Assembly (NCBI GenBank): GCA_019419505.1 | Contig: DXZS01000024.1 | Span: 118,477 to 182,476, forward strand | Origin: Collinsella sp. | GTDB lineage: Bacteria; Actinomycetota; Coriobacteriia; Coriobacteriales; Coriobacteriaceae | DNA: 64,000 nt | Reading direction: 5' to 3' | In this document: positions 1 through 12,441 of the stretch, in pieces | Numbering within the stretch: position 1 is the stretch's first letter | How the letters are laid out: the number at the start of each line of letters is the position of its first letter | Position numbers and translations under genes: made by a program | The notes under the pieces: generated by a model | Databases searched by the model: none | Told to the model about the DNA's origin: nothing | The model's input: only the letters and a program-made list of their open reading frames with translations

Positions 1-1631
1 CCTGCCAAGGACTTGCGCTCCAGATCGGTAAGAACCATCGGCGCCGCCGCAGCCGGTGCGCCCAAACCATCAGCCACAGGCACAGCGCCCACACCATCGG
101 GCACATCGATTGGCGGCAAGTCGTCAACGACCTCCACTGGTGCAGCGCCATAGGCATCGAGCGGGACGCAGTCGTACGGTTCTTCCTCGACCGGCGCCGC
201 TACGGCCGGAGTCGCGCCCGAAGCCCAAGCACCACGAGATGTCCCCTGCGAACCAGACGCCCGACCGCCCGCGCTACCGGACCGCTCAGCCTGTGCCCGC
301 TGGCGCTCATAGTTCTGCTCACGACGTCGTTCCGCATCCTCGCGCTTGGCGACATCGCGAAACACACGGCCCGAGCTCGCACGCACCGTCTCCAGATCCA
401 ATCCCAGCAGATCGGCAATCTGGATAAAGTACGTATCGATCATATAGCTATCGCGCAGCGGATAGATGAGCGTGAGAGCGTCCTCCAGCGCCTTGGCGCG
501 ACCGCCCGGCGTGGTGATATCGCTCGACTCCTGCAGCGAACGGTACACGAAGTCCATGAGCGGCTCGGCAGCGTCGATGCGCGCCTGCAGTGCCTCACCA
601 CCATGCGCCGTGATGAACTCCATGGGATCGTTACCGTCGGGCAGCACCACGCAGCGCAGGTCCATAGAATCCTGCTCGATAAACTGAATCGCACGGCGAG
701 CAGCCTTTTGACCGGCGGCATCGCCGTCAAACATATACACGATGCGCTTGGCAAAACGAGTGAGCGTCTTGACGTGATGCTCCGTGAGCGCGGTGCCCAG
801 CGTAGCGACAACGTTTTTAATCCCCGCCTCCCAACAGGCGATGCAGTCGGTATAGCCCTCCACCACGATGGCAGTATCCTGCGCGACGATAAACTCCTTG
901 GCCCAATTAAAACCGTAGAGGTTTCGTTTTTTATGAAACACGCTCGTCTCGGCGGTATTGAGGTACTTAGGCTGGCCGTCGCCCATAATACGACCGCCAA
1001 AGGCAATATTGTGACCCTGCTCGTCAAAGATGGGAAACATCACGCGGTCGTAAAAGCGGTCGGCAAGCTGCCCGCGCCCGCGGCTCACGGCAACGTTGGC
1101 ATCGATCATCTCCTGCGGGGTAAAACCCGCCTGGGACAGGTGCGATACCAGCGCGTTGCGACCCGGCGCAAAGCCCAGGCAGTAGCGGCGGCAGACGTCG
1201 CCACCCATGCCGCGGCTGGCAAAGTACTCGCGCGGACGGCCGTCCTTACCGCGCATAAGCATGGTGTGGTAGAACTGGGCGGTCTCGGCGCACAAATCGT
1301 AGATGCGGGCACGCTTGGTACCGCGCTCACGGCGATCTCCGGAGTCATGCAGCTCAATACCCGCGCGATCGGCCAAATAACGGATTGACTCGGGAAAGCT
1401 CAGGTTCTCGCGCTTCATGATATAGGTGAAGACGTCGCCACCCTCGCCGCAGCCAAAGCAGTGCCAGACCTGCGTGGCGGGGATAATGTGGAAGGACGGC
1501 GTCTTTTCGCCATGAAAGGGGCAGCAACCCCAAAACTCATGGCCGCGGGGCTTGAGCTCAACCGTTTCCTGCACGATGGCAACCAGGTCAGACGCAGCGC
1601 GTACCTGGTCTTTTTCCTCATCGCTAATCAC
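1..1631 (-). CDS. dnaG: DNA primase (3' end runs off the window)
   Basis: Manual translation from GTG at 1631 gives MISDEEKDQVRAASDL...HEFWGCCPFHGEKTPSF (CHC2 zinc finger). Overlaps the ribF stop. Absent from the ORF track, presumably because its stop lies outside the window. Confidence 0.95.
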   Translation of the reverse strand, partial: MISDEEKDQVRAASDLVAIVQETVELKPRGHEFWGCCPFHGEKTPSFHIIPATQVWHCFGCGEGGDVFTYIMKRENLSFPESIRYLADRAGIELHDSGDRRERGTKRARIYDLCAETAQFYHTMLMRGKDGRPREYFASRGMGGDVCRRYCLGFAPGRNALVSHLSQAGFTPQEMIDANVAVSRGRGQLADRFYDRVMFPIFDEQGHNIAFGGRIMGDGQPKYLNTAETSVFHKKRNLYGFNWAKEFIVAQDTAIVVEGYTDCIACWEAGIKNVVATLGTALTEHHVKTLTRFAKRIVYMFDGDAAGQKAARRAIQFIEQDSMDLRCVVLPDGNDPMEFITAHGGEALQARIDAAEPLMDFVYRSLQESSDITTPGGRAKALEDALTLIYPLRDSYMIDTYFIQIADLLGLDLETVRASSGRVFRDVAKREDAERRREQNYERQRAQAERSGSAGGRASGSQGTSRGAWASGATPAVAAPVEEEPYDCVPLDAYGAAPVEVVDDLPPIDVPDGVGAVPVADGLGAPAAAAPMVLTDLERKSLA

Positions 1632-2631
1632 GGATGCTCACCCCCTGCTTGCCCAAGTTGTGACGAATGTCCTCGATATTACCCTCGACGGTCGCGATCA
1701 ACTCATCCAGCGAATCGAACACGCGCGACGGACGCAGCCAACGCGTAAACGCCAGCGAAACAGAAGAGCCGTACAGGTCGCCCGTATAACCAATTAAATT
1801 AGCCTCGAGATGCGCCGAAGCGACATCGTCGGCATACGTCGGCGGCAGTCCGACGTTCACGGCAGCGGGCCACGCGGTGTCATCGACCAGCACCAGACCC
1901 TCATACACGCCATCGGCAGGCACCTGAATACCGTCGGGAACCTGCAGGTTTGCCGTGGGAAAGCCCATGCCAGAACCCTCGTGACGGCCGCGAATAACAC
2001 CGCCACGCACCATATACGGACGGCCGAGTAACTCAGCAGCAAGCTCCACATGGCCCTGTCCCAGCTCATGACGAATGCGGGTGGCGCAAATGGCCTCACC
2101 GCCCTCGCAAAGCAAGTCGTGCCCGTATACGTCAACGCCGCGCTCGGCACCCCAGGCGCGCATCTCGTCAACACCAGAAGCACCGCCACGACCCAGCCTA
2201 AAGTCGCTGCCAACGCGAATCGATCGAATGTCGACCAGACGCGACACCAGCGAGAGAAAAGCAACATGGTCAAGCGCCGCAACCTCAGGCGTAAAGGGAA
2301 CGGCCACCACCGCATTGACCCCAGTTTGAGCCAGGGCATGCAGACGGTCGGCCGTCGTCATCAATTTTTGAGCGGGCGAAGGGCTCACCACGACGTCCGG
2401 GTCGGGATCGAAGGTAACTACGACCGCCTTGCAGCCATGGGCACGGGCATCACGGACAAGCGCCGCAATGAGCTCCTGGTGTCCACGGTGAACGCCGTCG
2501 AACACGCCGATGGCAATCGATGCGGCACCCAGGTGCTCACACTTATCAAACACATCGGCAGTAACGATGCGAGCCTCGTCCGACTCGCCCGCGAAAAAGA
2601 TACGCGCGAGCTCGCGAACGGACAACATCAT
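1624..2631 (-). CDS. ribF: Bifunctional riboflavin kinase/FAD synthetase
   Basis: GVFDGVHRGH, GFPTAN and HLEANL motifs; follows truB. Confidence 0.95.
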   Translation of the reverse strand: MMLSVRELARIFFAGESDEARIVTADVFDKCEHLGAASIAIGVFDGVHRGHQELIAALVRDARAHGCKAVVVTFDPDPDVVVSPSPAQKLMTTADRLHALAQTGVNAVVAVPFTPEVAALDHVAFLSLVSRLVDIRSIRVGSDFRLGRGGASGVDEMRAWGAERGVDVYGHDLLCEGGEAICATRIRHELGQGHVELAAELLGRPYMVRGGVIRGRHEGSGMGFPTANLQVPDGIQVPADGVYEGLVLVDDTAWPAAVNVGLPPTYADDVASAHLEANLIGYTGDLYGSSVSLAFTRWLRPSRVFDSLDELIATVEGNIEDIRHNLGKQGVSIRD

Positions 2632-3560
2632 CGAACACCGCCGATTGCCTGCGGAAACACGTGCTCCATGACAAAGCGGCCACCCTCAATGCGGGCGAGC
2701 GCCTTGAGTCCCCCATCGAGCACCAACGCAAACGGCGCCTTCGAGGCATCGAAATCGGCAAGCGCACGCTCAACGGGAATGCGTCGGCCGCAAAGCAGGT
2801 CGTCGGCAAGATTGCCCGGCAAGTCAACACGCGTGGCGCCCAGGGCCGCAATGGGATCCAGGGCAAAGCCAGCCGCGGACTCGGGAGAAAGCTCCTCGAT
2901 CGCATGACAAGCGCCAATGGAAACAACACCGGAGGCCGTGCGGCGCAGCGCGGAAATGTGCGCGGCGCTCTCGCAGGCGCGGCCCAGGTCGCGAGCGAGC
3001 GCTCGGATATAGGTGCCCTTACTCACCGAAAACGCCACGGTCCAAACGCACGAATCGCCCTCGCCGCTCACGGCAATCAGGTCGGCGGAGTACACCTCGA
3101 CCGGACGCGGGGGCAGCGACACGGCATTGCCCTCGCGCGCAGCCTTATAGGCGCGCACGCCGTTGACCGAAATGGCCGAAAACGCCGGCGGCACCTGCAT
3201 CTGCGGGCCCAACATGGTGCACAGGCGCTCGCGGGCATAGGACGGATCGCGCAGCTCGGCGGCTATGGGCACCGTGCGGACGGCCTCGCCTTCCGCATCA
3301 TCGGTATTGGTCTCGACGCCAAACGAGATGTCGGCGACGTAGCTTTTGGTATCGAGGGTAAGCATGCCCAGCAGACGCGTTGCCTGGCCCACGCCCACCA
3401 CCATGACACCTGATGCCATGGGATCGAGCGTTCCGGCATGACCGACACGCCGCTCATGGAGGGCGCGTCGGCATTGCGAAACCACGTCGTGGGACGTGCA
3501 GCCCACCGGCTTATCGACGGCGAGCAGCATATTAAGTTGAGAAGGTGTACGACGAGCCAT
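2628..3560 (-). CDS. truB: tRNA pseudouridine(55) synthase
   Basis: DKPVGCTSHDVV, GHAGTLDPMASG, SKGTYIRALARD. Confidence 0.97.
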   Translation of the reverse strand: MARRTPSQLNMLLAVDKPVGCTSHDVVSQCRRALHERRVGHAGTLDPMASGVMVVGVGQATRLLGMLTLDTKSYVADISFGVETNTDDAEGEAVRTVPIAAELRDPSYARERLCTMLGPQMQVPPAFSAISVNGVRAYKAAREGNAVSLPPRPVEVYSADLIAVSGEGDSCVWTVAFSVSKGTYIRALARDLGRACESAAHISALRRTASGVVSIGACHAIEELSPESAAGFALDPIAALGATRVDLPGNLADDLLCGRRIPVERALADFDASKAPFALVLDGGLKALARIEGGRFVMEHVFPQAIGGVR

Positions 3561-3575
3561 GTACCATCCAAAAAG

Positions 3576-4619
3576 TTAGAGCTCGACGGTCACCGAAGCG
3601 GGATCCTCCCCTACCAGCTCGGCCAGCATGGGAAGTGCCGCGGTGAGCGTCTCGGAAATCGTTCCGGCGTTGGTAAAGCCGGCGGCAGCGTAGTGCCCAC
3701 CTCCGCCAAAGTTGGCCGCAATCTCGGAAACATCAAGATCGCCCTTGGAGCGCAGGTTGCCGCGCACCTTGGTATCGCCCTCGATGCCCTTAAGGAACAA
3801 GCAGACCTCGACGCCCATCACCGCGCGCACCACATCGACCAGGCCGTCGCACTCGTCCGAGGTGACGCCGCAGTCCTTAAGGTCGCTCTCGTACGCGTAG
3901 CTATACGCCACGCGCCCGTGCGCAACCGTCTTGATGCGACCCATGACGATGGACTTGAGGTGCAAGAACTCGACACGCATGCTCTGATAGACCTCGAGCG
4001 CGACGCGCGCCGGATCGGCACCGTGCGCCACCAGACGCGAGGCGGCATGAAACGCGGCGGCGTCGGCGTTCTGATACTGAAAACGACCGGTATCGGTGAC
4101 CAGGCCGCACAGCAGGCAGGTCGCGATGCTGTCGCTTGCGGTAATGCCACAATCGGCCAAAAAGCAGTCGATAATCATGGCGCAAGCAGCGGCATTGACG
4201 CACCTAAGGCTGACCTCGGCAAACTCCTCGCGTGCCGGGTGATGGTCAAAGCATGCCACGTGAGCCGAACGACGCAGCACCTCGGCGGAATTATTGAGGC
4301 GCTCGACGACCGGCACGTCCACCGAGATGAACAGGTCCGGGTTGCCAGTGTAGGCAGAGGCCGGCACCAGCAGATCGGCACCCTCCATAAAACGGTAGAT
4401 GCGCGGAACGGGATCGTCGTCTGCCAGCAGCAGGGCGATGTCCTTGTCGGGGAACACCTTCATAAGCGAAAGGCCCAGGCCCAACACGGAGCCCAGGGCA
4501 TCGCCGTCGGGAGAGGTGTGACCCGAGATCGCAATGGAGGACGCACCCTCGATAAGCTCGAGGATGCGTCGTTTAATATCTGCAGACTCGCACGAGGCGA
4601 GATCGGCGGAATTAGTCAT
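3576..4619 (-). CDS. nrnA: DHH/DHHA1 phosphoesterase (NrnA-like nanoRNase/pAp phosphatase)
   Basis: HTSPDGDALGS, FDHH, TDTGRF, GGGGH motifs; typical position between rbfA and truB. Confidence 0.88.
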   Translation of the reverse strand: MTNSADLASCESADIKRRILELIEGASSIAISGHTSPDGDALGSVLGLGLSLMKVFPDKDIALLLADDDPVPRIYRFMEGADLLVPASAYTGNPDLFISVDVPVVERLNNSAEVLRRSAHVACFDHHPAREEFAEVSLRCVNAAACAMIIDCFLADCGITASDSIATCLLCGLVTDTGRFQYQNADAAAFHAASRLVAHGADPARVALEVYQSMRVEFLHLKSIVMGRIKTVAHGRVAYSYAYESDLKDCGVTSDECDGLVDVVRAVMGVEVCLFLKGIEGDTKVRGNLRSKGDLDVSEIAANFGGGGHYAAAGFTNAGTISETLTAALPMLAELVGEDPASVTVEL

Positions 4620-5022
4620 CTAAAGCTGCCTCCTGGGCGGAATCCGCAATTGGGTAGCCGTCCTCGTCCTTTTCGATCGCAAGCGTGGCCGGAACGTTTT
4701 CCAGCGCACGCGTGATGCGCTCGGCCTCATCGGTCGAGCGATCGATGCGAAAATCGAGCTCGGGCGTGACGCGCCAATCGAGCGAGCGAGCCAACAGGCT
4801 GCGAATACGGCCCTTGGCGCTTGCAAGCGCCTCCATGACCTCATCGTAGCGGCTCACGTCGCACGACACGTACACGCGCGCGAACGAACGGTCCACCGCG
4901 ACCTCGACCGCGGTCAGGGTAACCAGGTCGAGACGCGGATCGGAAACCTCAAAGAGCAGGATATAACCGAGCTTCTCGCGAAGCTGCTCGCCCAGACGGC
5001 GGGTCGCCTGCGTTTGCTTCAT
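4612..5022 (-). CDS. rbfA: Ribosome-binding factor A
   Basis: MKQTQATRRLGEQLREKL...DPRL...RVTPELDF; start reassigned to ATG 5022 just after infB. Confidence 0.95.
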   Translation of the reverse strand: MKQTQATRRLGEQLREKLGYILLFEVSDPRLDLVTLTAVEVAVDRSFARVYVSCDVSRYDEVMEALASAKGRIRSLLARSLDWRVTPELDFRIDRSTDEAERITRALENVPATLAIEKDEDGYPIADSAQEAALDD

Positions 5023-5033
5023 AGCGCTACCCC

Positions 5034-7748
5034 CTACTCGGTACGGGCAACCTGGTCGATGCGGTAACCCTCGATCTGGTCGCCGGGCTTGATGTCCTGG
5101 AAGTTCTCCAGGCCAATACCGCCCTCGGAACCGCTCTTGAGGCTCTTGGCCTCGTCCTTGTAGTGGCGCATCGAGGCGATCTTGCCATTGAAGACCACGA
5201 TGCCGTCGCGCACCAGGCGCACGGAATCGGTCGCGGCGATCTCGCCCTCCTCGACGCGGACACCGGCGGCGATGCCGACTTTGGGCACCTTGAAGGTGTC
5301 CAGGACGGTCGCGGTACCCGTGGAGACCTCGACCTCGGTGGGCTTGAGCATGCCGATGCGGGCGGCGTCGAGCTCCTCGAGGCACTTGTAGATAACGTCG
5401 TAGCAACGGATCTCGACGCCCTCGCGCTCGGCAGCGGAGCGGGCCTTGCCGTCGGGACGCACGCCAAAGCCGATGATGATGGCGTTGGAGGCGTCGGCCA
5501 GGACGACGTCGGTCTCGTTGATGGCACCGACGGCGGAGTGGATCGTGTTGATGCGGACCTCGGACTGATCCATCTTGTCGAGCGAGTCCTGAAGGGCCTC
5601 GATGGAACCCTGGACGTCGGCCTTGATGATCAGGTTGAGCTCCTTGACCTCGGCGTCGGCGATGGTCTCGAAGAGGTTCTCGAGCGTGACGTGCTTCACG
5701 CGGCTCTGCTCCTCGATACGGGCCTTGAGCGAGCGCTCATCGGCCAGGGCGCGAGCCTCGCGCTCGTCCTCGAACACGCGGAACTCGTCGCCGGCGTTGG
5801 GCACGGACTGCAGGCCCAGGATCTCGACGGCGTCGGAGGGGCCAGCCTCGGTGACGGCGTTGCCCTTGGGGTCGAGCATGGCGCGGACGCGGCCGTAGGT
5901 AAGGCCGGCGACCAGCGTATCGCCCACGTGCAGGGTACCGCGGGTCACGAGAACCGTGGCAACAGAACCGCGGCCCTTGTCGAGCTTAGCCTCGAGGACG
6001 TTACCGGAGGCAAAGGTGTCGGGGTTGGCCTTAAGCTCGAGCACGTCGGCCTGGAGCAGCACGGTCTCGAGCAGGTCGTCGATACCGATCTTCTGCTTGG
6101 CCGAGATGTTGACGAACATGTTCTGTCCGCCCCACTCCTCGGGGATGATGCCGTACTCGGTGAGCTCCTGGCGCACGCGGTCGGGGTTGGCGCCCGGCTT
6201 ATCGATCTTGTTGACGGCGACGACGATGGGTACGCCGGCGGCCTTGGCGTGGTTGATCGACTCGACGGTCTGGGGCATGACGCCGTCGTCGGCAGCCACG
6301 ATCAGAATGACGATGTCGGTCACCTTGGCGCCACGGGCACGCATAGCCGTAAAGGTGGCGTGGCCCGGGGTATCGATGAAGGTGATCTTGCGGTCGTTGA
6401 TCATGACCTGCGAAGCGCCGATGGCCTGCGTAATGCCGCCCGCCTCGCCGGCAGCAACGCCGGTGTGACGGATGGCGTCGAGCAGCGACGTCTTGCCATG
6501 GTCGACGTGGCCCATGACGGTGACGACCGGGGCGCGCGGCTTGAGGTCGGCGGGATCGTCGTAGAACGAGAAGGTGTTCTCCTCCTCGGGGGTGATGATC
6601 TTGATCTGACGGCCCAGGTCGTCGGCAACGAGCTCGACAAGGTCGTCGGACATGGACTGCGTCATACTGAGCGGAGTACCCAGCAGGAACAGGCGCTTGA
6701 TGATGTCGTTGGCCGGAACGTCGAGCGCCTCGGCGAGCTCCTGGACGGTAACGCCCTGGGAAACCTTGATGGCGTCGAGGTCCTCGGGGTTCACGCCCTG
6801 GGCCAGCGCCTCCTCTATCTTGCGCTCCTCCTGAGCCTTGGCAGCCTCGCGCTCGCGCTTCTCCTTGCGCTTCTTGCGGCGACCGGTGGACTCGCGAGAG
6901 GCCTCCTCGACGGCGGCACGAGCCTCCTCGAGCACCTTCTCGCGGCTGTACTCCTCGGCCTCGCGAGCCATGCGGCTGTAGTGGTCCTCTTCGTTGTTGT
7001 GACCGCCCTTGCGCTTCTTGCCCTTGCCCTGCTTGTCGGGGTTGGGGAAGTCCATGCCGGCAGCGACGTTGTTGCTGGCGTTGGTGCGATGGCTGTGCGG
7101 ACGGCTCTCGGAGGCGTTGCGCTCGGAGTTGTTGTCGGAAGCGTTGCGATCGTTACGACGGCCACCGCGGCGGTCGTTGTTGCCGCCACGACGGTTACCG
7201 CGCTCGGCGGCGCGCTCGGCCTTGGCCTTGTCCTCGGCGTCCTTCTTCTCCTTGAGCACGGTCTCCTGTGCGGCGATCTGGTCGAGCAGCGAACGGAAAC
7301 GCGAACCGGAGTCGGAAGCGGGAACGGCGCGGCGCTGGGCCTCGCGGGCAGCCTCCTCCTTCTCGCGGGCAAGGCGCTCCTGCTCGGCCTTCTTCTTGGC
7401 CTCGGCCTCGGCGCGGGCAGCCTCCTCGGCAGCCTGGGCTGCAGCAAACTGGCGACGCTCCTCCTCGCGGGCCTTCTCGGCGGCGATGCGCTCGCGCTCG
7501 GCCTCGGCGGCGCGAGCGGCCTCCTCGGCGGCAGCTGCCTGCTCCTCGGCCTGCTTGGCGGCCTCGACTTCCTGGGCGCGGGCCTCGATCACCGAGGCGA
7601 GCTGCTTGCGGACCATGGCGACATAAGCGTCCTCCAAGGTGGAGGAAGCGGACTTAGCGGGAATCTTCATATCGGCGAGATGACCCATCAGTTCCTTGGA
7701 GGTCATGCCGAACTCTTTGGCCAGGGTGGACACACGGACTTTTGCCAT
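5034..7748 (-). CDS. infB: Translation initiation factor IF-2
   Basis: [21 protein letters not shown] GTPase motifs; 904 aa. Confidence 0.99.
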   Translation of the reverse strand: MAKVRVSTLAKEFGMTSKELMGHLADMKIPAKSASSTLEDAYVAMVRKQLASVIEARAQEVEAAKQAEEQAAAAEEAARAAEAERERIAAEKAREEERRQFAAAQAAEEAARAEAEAKKKAEQERLAREKEEAAREAQRRAVPASDSGSRFRSLLDQIAAQETVLKEKKDAEDKAKAERAAERGNRRGGNNDRRGGRRNDRNASDNNSERNASESRPHSHRTNASNNVAAGMDFPNPDKQGKGKKRKGGHNNEEDHYSRMAREAEEYSREKVLEEARAAVEEASRESTGRRKKRKEKREREAAKAQEERKIEEALAQGVNPEDLDAIKVSQGVTVQELAEALDVPANDIIKRLFLLGTPLSMTQSMSDDLVELVADDLGRQIKIITPEEENTFSFYDDPADLKPRAPVVTVMGHVDHGKTSLLDAIRHTGVAAGEAGGITQAIGASQVMINDRKITFIDTPGHATFTAMRARGAKVTDIVILIVAADDGVMPQTVESINHAKAAGVPIVVAVNKIDKPGANPDRVRQELTEYGIIPEEWGGQNMFVNISAKQKIGIDDLLETVLLQADVLELKANPDTFASGNVLEAKLDKGRGSVATVLVTRGTLHVGDTLVAGLTYGRVRAMLDPKGNAVTEAGPSDAVEILGLQSVPNAGDEFRVFEDEREARALADERSLKARIEEQSRVKHVTLENLFETIADAEVKELNLIIKADVQGSIEALQDSLDKMDQSEVRINTIHSAVGAINETDVVLADASNAIIIGFGVRPDGKARSAAEREGVEIRCYDVIYKCLEELDAARIGMLKPTEVEVSTGTATVLDTFKVPKVGIAAGVRVEEGEIAATDSVRLVRDGIVVFNGKIASMRHYKDEAKSLKSGSEGGIGLENFQDIKPGDQIEGYRIDQVARTE

Positions 7749-7839
7749 ATGACTTCACCTACCCTTTCTGGCACCTTGGGTGCCTAGAGACTGAACGAGC
7801 GTGGGAGACGCGCCGGGACCCGCCCGGCGCAAGCGCGCG

Positions 7840-9087
7840 CTAGATCAGGTCCTCCGCATCATCGAAGGCGTCGGTGTCGTGGACACCGCAGAATCGGGAG
7901 CCGGGACGAGCCTGGTTGCGGCACTGGATGCCGTCCTCGGACACGTACTCGCAGCGGCGGACGTCCTCGTCCTCCTCGTCACCGATCAGGTCGGCGGCGG
8001 GCTCCTCGTGAACGGGAACGTTCTTGAGGATGTCGGCGGCAAGCGTCTCGGACTTGATGTCGATGTGCCAGCCGGTCAGGCGCGCGGCGAGGCGGGCGTT
8101 CTGGCCCTCCTTGCCGATGGCGAGGGACAACTGGTCGTCGGGCACGATGACGCCGGCGTAGGCCTTCTCCTCGTCGATGAGGACGCGGGTGACCTTAGCG
8201 GGCGACAGGGCGTTGGCGACGTAGACGGCAGGATCGGCATCCCACAGGATGACGTCGACGCGCTCGCCACGGAGCTCGCCCACGACAGCGCGGACACGGC
8301 TGCCCTTGGGGCCGACGCAGGCGCCCACGGGATCCAAACGGTCGTCGAGCGAGTGAACGGCGACCTTGGAGCGCTGGCCGGGCTCGCGGGCGATCGACTT
8401 GATCTGGACGGTGCCCTCATAGATCTCGGGCACCTCCTGCTCAAACAGACGACGCATGAGCTCGGGGTGGGTACGGGAGATGACAATCGGCGGACGGCTG
8501 TGCTCGCCACGAACCGGCTGCAGGTTGGAGTTGGGGTCGCGAACGTCGATGATCACGGCCTTGATGTGCTGGTTGTGCAGGTAGCGCTCGCCCATCGGAC
8601 GCTCGTTGCGCTCGTTCTCGTAACGGCGCTGGTCGAAGTGCGGAAGCTCGGCCTCGACGCCCTCGCGAATCTTGACGATCGTGAAGTCGGGCGTGGACTG
8701 CAGCACGGTACCGCTGATGAGGTCACCGATGCGGCCGGAGAACTCCTCGTAGATCTGCTCGCGGGCGGAGTTGCGCACGATGGCGTTGATCTCGGCCTTG
8801 GCGTGCTGGGCGGCGATGCGGCTCGTGTTCTTGGGGGTGACGTCGATCTCCTCGAACTCGGTGAAGTTGCCCTCCTCGTCCATGGAATCGTCGATCGGCT
8901 CCAGGCGGTAGACGTAGATCTTGCCGGTGGTGCGGTCGATGGTCACCTTGGCGCCCCACTCAAGATGCAGGATCTCGGCATAGCTCTTGGCGAGCGACTG
9001 CTCCAGGCGGTCGATCAGGTAGAGCTGGTCGATGTGCTTCTCCTGGCAAAGCTCCATCAGGGCGGACATCATGTCGGATGCTGCCAT
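7840..9087 (-). CDS. nusA: Transcription termination/antitermination factor NusA with a C-terminal Cys/His extension
   Basis: [38 protein letters not shown] motifs. Confidence 0.98.
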   Translation of the reverse strand: MAASDMMSALMELCQEKHIDQLYLIDRLEQSLAKSYAEILHLEWGAKVTIDRTTGKIYVYRLEPIDDSMDEEGNFTEFEEIDVTPKNTSRIAAQHAKAEINAIVRNSAREQIYEEFSGRIGDLISGTVLQSTPDFTIVKIREGVEAELPHFDQRRYENERNERPMGERYLHNQHIKAVIIDVRDPNSNLQPVRGEHSRPPIVISRTHPELMRRLFEQEVPEIYEGTVQIKSIAREPGQRSKVAVHSLDDRLDPVGACVGPKGSRVRAVVGELRGERVDVILWDADPAVYVANALSPAKVTRVLIDEEKAYAGVIVPDDQLSLAIGKEGQNARLAARLTGWHIDIKSETLAADILKNVPVHEEPAADLIGDEEDEDVRRCEYVSEDGIQCRNQARPGSRFCGVHDTDAFDDAEDLI

Positions 9088-9088
9088 C

Positions 9089-9583
9089 TTACTTTCCTTC
9101 CTTCGCGGGCTTGAAGTCGTAGGTGGGCTTCAACTTGCACTTTTTAACATCAGAGAAATCGAGGGTAACGGACTCGCCGCCCTCGAGCTCAAGGGTCACG
9201 TTCGTCTCGGTGGCGGCGGCAATCTTGCCGGCGTACTTGCGACGGCCCTCGGTGGCGGTGGAGGTGAGCTCACAGTTTTCGCCCACAAAGCGGGCAAAGT
9301 CACTCGGGCGGCGCAGCGGGCGCGCCATACCCGGGCTCGACACCTCGAGCGTATAGCTCGAAGAGATGGGGTCGAGCTCCTCAATTACATCGCCGACCCA
9401 CTTGGTGTTGGCCGTGACGTCGTTGAGCGACAGGCTCTGACCCTCGGCACCCTCGATACGCACGCGCACGCAGGGGGCCTTGGTGGCACCCACGAGCTCG
9501 ACGTCGACGATGTCGACATCGTGCTGGGGGGCGGCGGCCTCGAGCGCGTCGATGATCGCCTGCTCGGTCTTGGTCTTGACCAT
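9089..9583 (-). CDS. rimP: Ribosome maturation factor RimP
   Basis: YTLEVSSPGMARPL motif; start set at ATG 9583 downstream of GGAGG. Confidence 0.95.
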   Translation of the reverse strand: MVKTKTEQAIIDALEAAAPQHDVDIVDVELVGATKAPCVRVRIEGAEGQSLSLNDVTANTKWVGDVIEELDPISSSYTLEVSSPGMARPLRRPSDFARFVGENCELTSTATEGRRKYAGKIAAATETNVTLELEGGESVTLDFSDVKKCKLKPTYDFKPAKEGK

Positions 9584-9776
9584 TGCGGCACCTCCATCCA
9601 TACAAAAAAGAAGCGGGGCCGAAACCCCACTTCTTTCAATTACAACTTCATTTGCAAGCAAACTATAACAATAGCTGCGGAAACGTGCAAGCACAGTACG
9701 AATCTGCAGGTCAGCGTGCGCACAGCTTCTCCACAAGAATAGGACAATTGACCGCAGACATCAGGGCAGGTACATG

Positions 9777-9817
9777 AAAAACGAGGGACGACCCAACCGG
9801 ATCGCCCCTCGTCTTTT
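9777..9817. terminator. Intrinsic terminator downstream of leuS
   Basis: AAAAACGAGGG...CCCTCGTCTTTT stem with A/T tails. Confidence 0.7.
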
Positions 9818-9841
9818 ATGCGTCAGTTAAGCGCGCAATGC

Positions 9842-12418
9842 TTACTTGACCACCAGGTTGACCAGCTTGCCGGGCACGCAGATGGCCTTGACGACCGTCT
9901 TGCCCTCAAGCCACTTGGCGACGGCTTCCTCGGCGGCAGCCTGCATATCCTCATTGGAGGCATCACGGGCGACGTCGACGCGGCCGCGGACCTTGCCGAG
10001 CACCTGCACGACGATCTGCACCGTGTCCTCGATGGACTCGGCCAGGTCGAACTCGGGCCAGGCGGCGGTGTAGGCGTTGCCCTCGCAGCCGAGTGCCTCG
10101 TGCCACAGCTCGTCGGCCCAGAACGGGCAGATGGGGGCGAGGACGCTCACGATATCCTTGGCCACGCCGTAGCACAGCGCCTTGTCGCGGGCGGTACCCT
10201 CGGTAGCGTTGAGGTAGGCGCTCGCCGCGTTGACGAGCTCCATGACGGCCGAGATCGCGGTGTTGAACTGGCCGCGATCGAAGTCCTCGGTGCACTTGGC
10301 GATAGTGCGGTGACGCTCGCGGTAGAGCTTCATCGCGGTCTCGTCGAGCGCGGACTTGTCGAAGGCCACGTTGGCGTCACCCGACTGGACGAGCTGCCAC
10401 ACGATACGCCAGGCGCGTTTAATGAAGCGGTTGGCGCCCTCAACGGCCTTGGGATCCCAGTCGAAGTCCTTCTCGGGCGGGGCGATAAACAGGATCGCCA
10501 GACGCATGGTGTCGGCGCCGTAGGGCTCGATGACCGAGCTCGGGGGCACGACGTTGCCCTTGGACTTGGACATGGTGTCGCCGTTTTCGTCCTTGACCAT
10601 GCCCTGGCACAGCAGGTTGGTGAAGGGCTCGTCAACGCTCAGCAGGCCCAGGTCGCGCAGTGCCTTGGTAAAGAAGCGACTGTAGAGCAGGTGCAAAATG
10701 GCGTGCTCGATGCCGCCGATGTAGTTATCGACGGGCATCCAGCGATCGGCGGCCTCGCGGGAGAAGGGCAGCTCGGTGTTGTGCGGATCGGTATAGCGCA
10801 GGTAATACCAGCTGGAGCAGGTAAAGGTGTCCATGGTATCGGTCTCGCGCTTGGCTGGGCGACCGCAGACCGGGCAGGTGGTCTCGTAGAACTCCTTGCA
10901 CTCGGCGAGGGTCTCGCCGGCGCCCAAGTCCAGGTTCTCGGGCAGCGTCACCGGCAGCTGATCCTCGGGCACGGGCACGATGCCGCAGTGCTCGCAGTGA
11001 ATGGCCGGGATGGGGTTGCCCCAATAACGCTGGCGGCTGATGAGCCAGTCGCGCAGACGGAACTCGACCTTGCGACGGCCGCAGCCCATGGCCTCGAGGT
11101 CGGCCACGATGGCAGCCTCGCCCTCGGAGTGCTTGCCGCCGCGCATGCCGGTGTACTTGCCGGACTGGACGAGTGTGCCCTCAGCAGCGTGGGCGCAATC
11201 CCAGTCGACGGTCTCGGCATGGAAGGTATCGATGGTCTCACCGCTGGCCTCGACGGCAGCGCGGTCGTCATCGTCCAGGATGATCGGCACGATGGGCAGG
11301 TCGTACTTACGGGCAAACTCAAAGTCGCGCTGGTCGCCGCAGGGAACGGCCATGACGGCGCCGGTGCCGTAGTCGGCAACGACATAATCGGCAACCCACA
11401 CGGGGACCTTCTCGCCGTTGACGGGGTTCACCACGTAGCGACCGGTAAAGGCACCGTGCTTCTCGAGGGTGCCCTGGGCACGCTCGACCGCAGAGATATG
11501 CTTGGAGTCCTCGACGATCTTGGTGACGGCCTCCTCGTACTCCGTGCCCTCGACGAGCTCGTGCAGGCGCGCGTACTCGGGAGCCAGGACAAAGAAGGAG
11601 ACACCGAAGAGCGTGTCGGCACGCGTGGTGAAGACGGTGATCTTACCCTCGTCGCCCTCGATGGGCTCGCCATCCTGGTCGCACAGGGTAAAGTCGACCT
11701 CGGCGCCCTCGGAGCGACCGATCCAGTTGGCCTGCATCTGCTTGACGCGCTCGGGCCAGCCGGGGAGCTTCTCCAAGTCGTCGAGCAGCTCCTGAGAGTA
11801 CTCGGTAATCTTGTAGTACCACTGCTCAAGGTCGCGCTTCTCGGGCTCGGTGCCGCAGCGCCAGCACTTGCCCTCGGTAACCTGCTCGTTGGCCAGAACG
11901 GTCTTACAAGTGGGGCACCAGTTGACCGGGTTCTTCTTGCGATAGACCAGGCCCTTTTCCCACATCTTCTCAAAGATCCACTGACCCCAGCGGTAGTAGT
12001 CGGGGCTGCAAGTCTTGACCATGCGATCCAGATCGTAGGAGAAGCCCATGCGCTTCATCGTGGCGAGCGCCTGGTCCATGTTCTTATACGTCCAGGCGGC
12101 AGCCTGCGTGTTGTGCTTGATGGCGGCGTTCTCGGCAGGCAGGCCAAAGGCGTCAAAGCCGATGGGGTGCAGCACGTCGTAGCCGCGCATGCGGGCCTGA
12201 CGGGCCATGGCATCGCCGATGGTATAGTTGCGCGCGTGGCCCATGTGCAGGTCGCCCGACGGATACGGGAACATCTCGAGCACATACTTCTTGGGCTTGC
12301 TCTCGTCGGTGTCGACGGCAAAGAGGTTGGAGTCCTCCCAGGCCTTCATCCACTTGGACTCAATGGCCTGCGCGTCGTAGGCAGGGATCTCGTCCTTATG
12401 ATCTGTGCAATCGCACAT
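9842..12418 (-). CDS. leuS: Leucine--tRNA ligase
   Basis: [13 protein letters not shown] (HIGH), TMSKSKGN (KMSKS), SRQRYWG. Confidence 0.99.
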   Translation of the reverse strand: MCDCTDHKDEIPAYDAQAIESKWMKAWEDSNLFAVDTDESKPKKYVLEMFPYPSGDLHMGHARNYTIGDAMARQARMRGYDVLHPIGFDAFGLPAENAAIKHNTQAAAWTYKNMDQALATMKRMGFSYDLDRMVKTCSPDYYRWGQWIFEKMWEKGLVYRKKNPVNWCPTCKTVLANEQVTEGKCWRCGTEPEKRDLEQWYYKITEYSQELLDDLEKLPGWPERVKQMQANWIGRSEGAEVDFTLCDQDGEPIEGDEGKITVFTTRADTLFGVSFFVLAPEYARLHELVEGTEYEEAVTKIVEDSKHISAVERAQGTLEKHGAFTGRYVVNPVNGEKVPVWVADYVVADYGTGAVMAVPCGDQRDFEFARKYDLPIVPIILDDDDRAAVEASGETIDTFHAETVDWDCAHAAEGTLVQSGKYTGMRGGKHSEGEAAIVADLEAMGCGRRKVEFRLRDWLISRQRYWGNPIPAIHCEHCGIVPVPEDQLPVTLPENLDLGAGETLAECKEFYETTCPVCGRPAKRETDTMDTFTCSSWYYLRYTDPHNTELPFSREAADRWMPVDNYIGGIEHAILHLLYSRFFTKALRDLGLLSVDEPFTNLLCQGMVKDENGDTMSKSKGNVVPPSSVIEPYGADTMRLAILFIAPPEKDFDWDPKAVEGANRFIKRAWRIVWQLVQSGDANVAFDKSALDETAMKLYRERHRTIAKCTEDFDRGQFNTAISAVMELVNAASAYLNATEGTARDKALCYGVAKDIVSVLAPICPFWADELWHEALGCEGNAYTAAWPEFDLAESIEDTVQIVVQVLGKVRGRVDVARDASNEDMQAAAEEAVAKWLEGKTVVKAICVPGKLVNLVVK

Positions 12419-12441
12419 ATCAGCTCCTTTAATCTTAGCTG

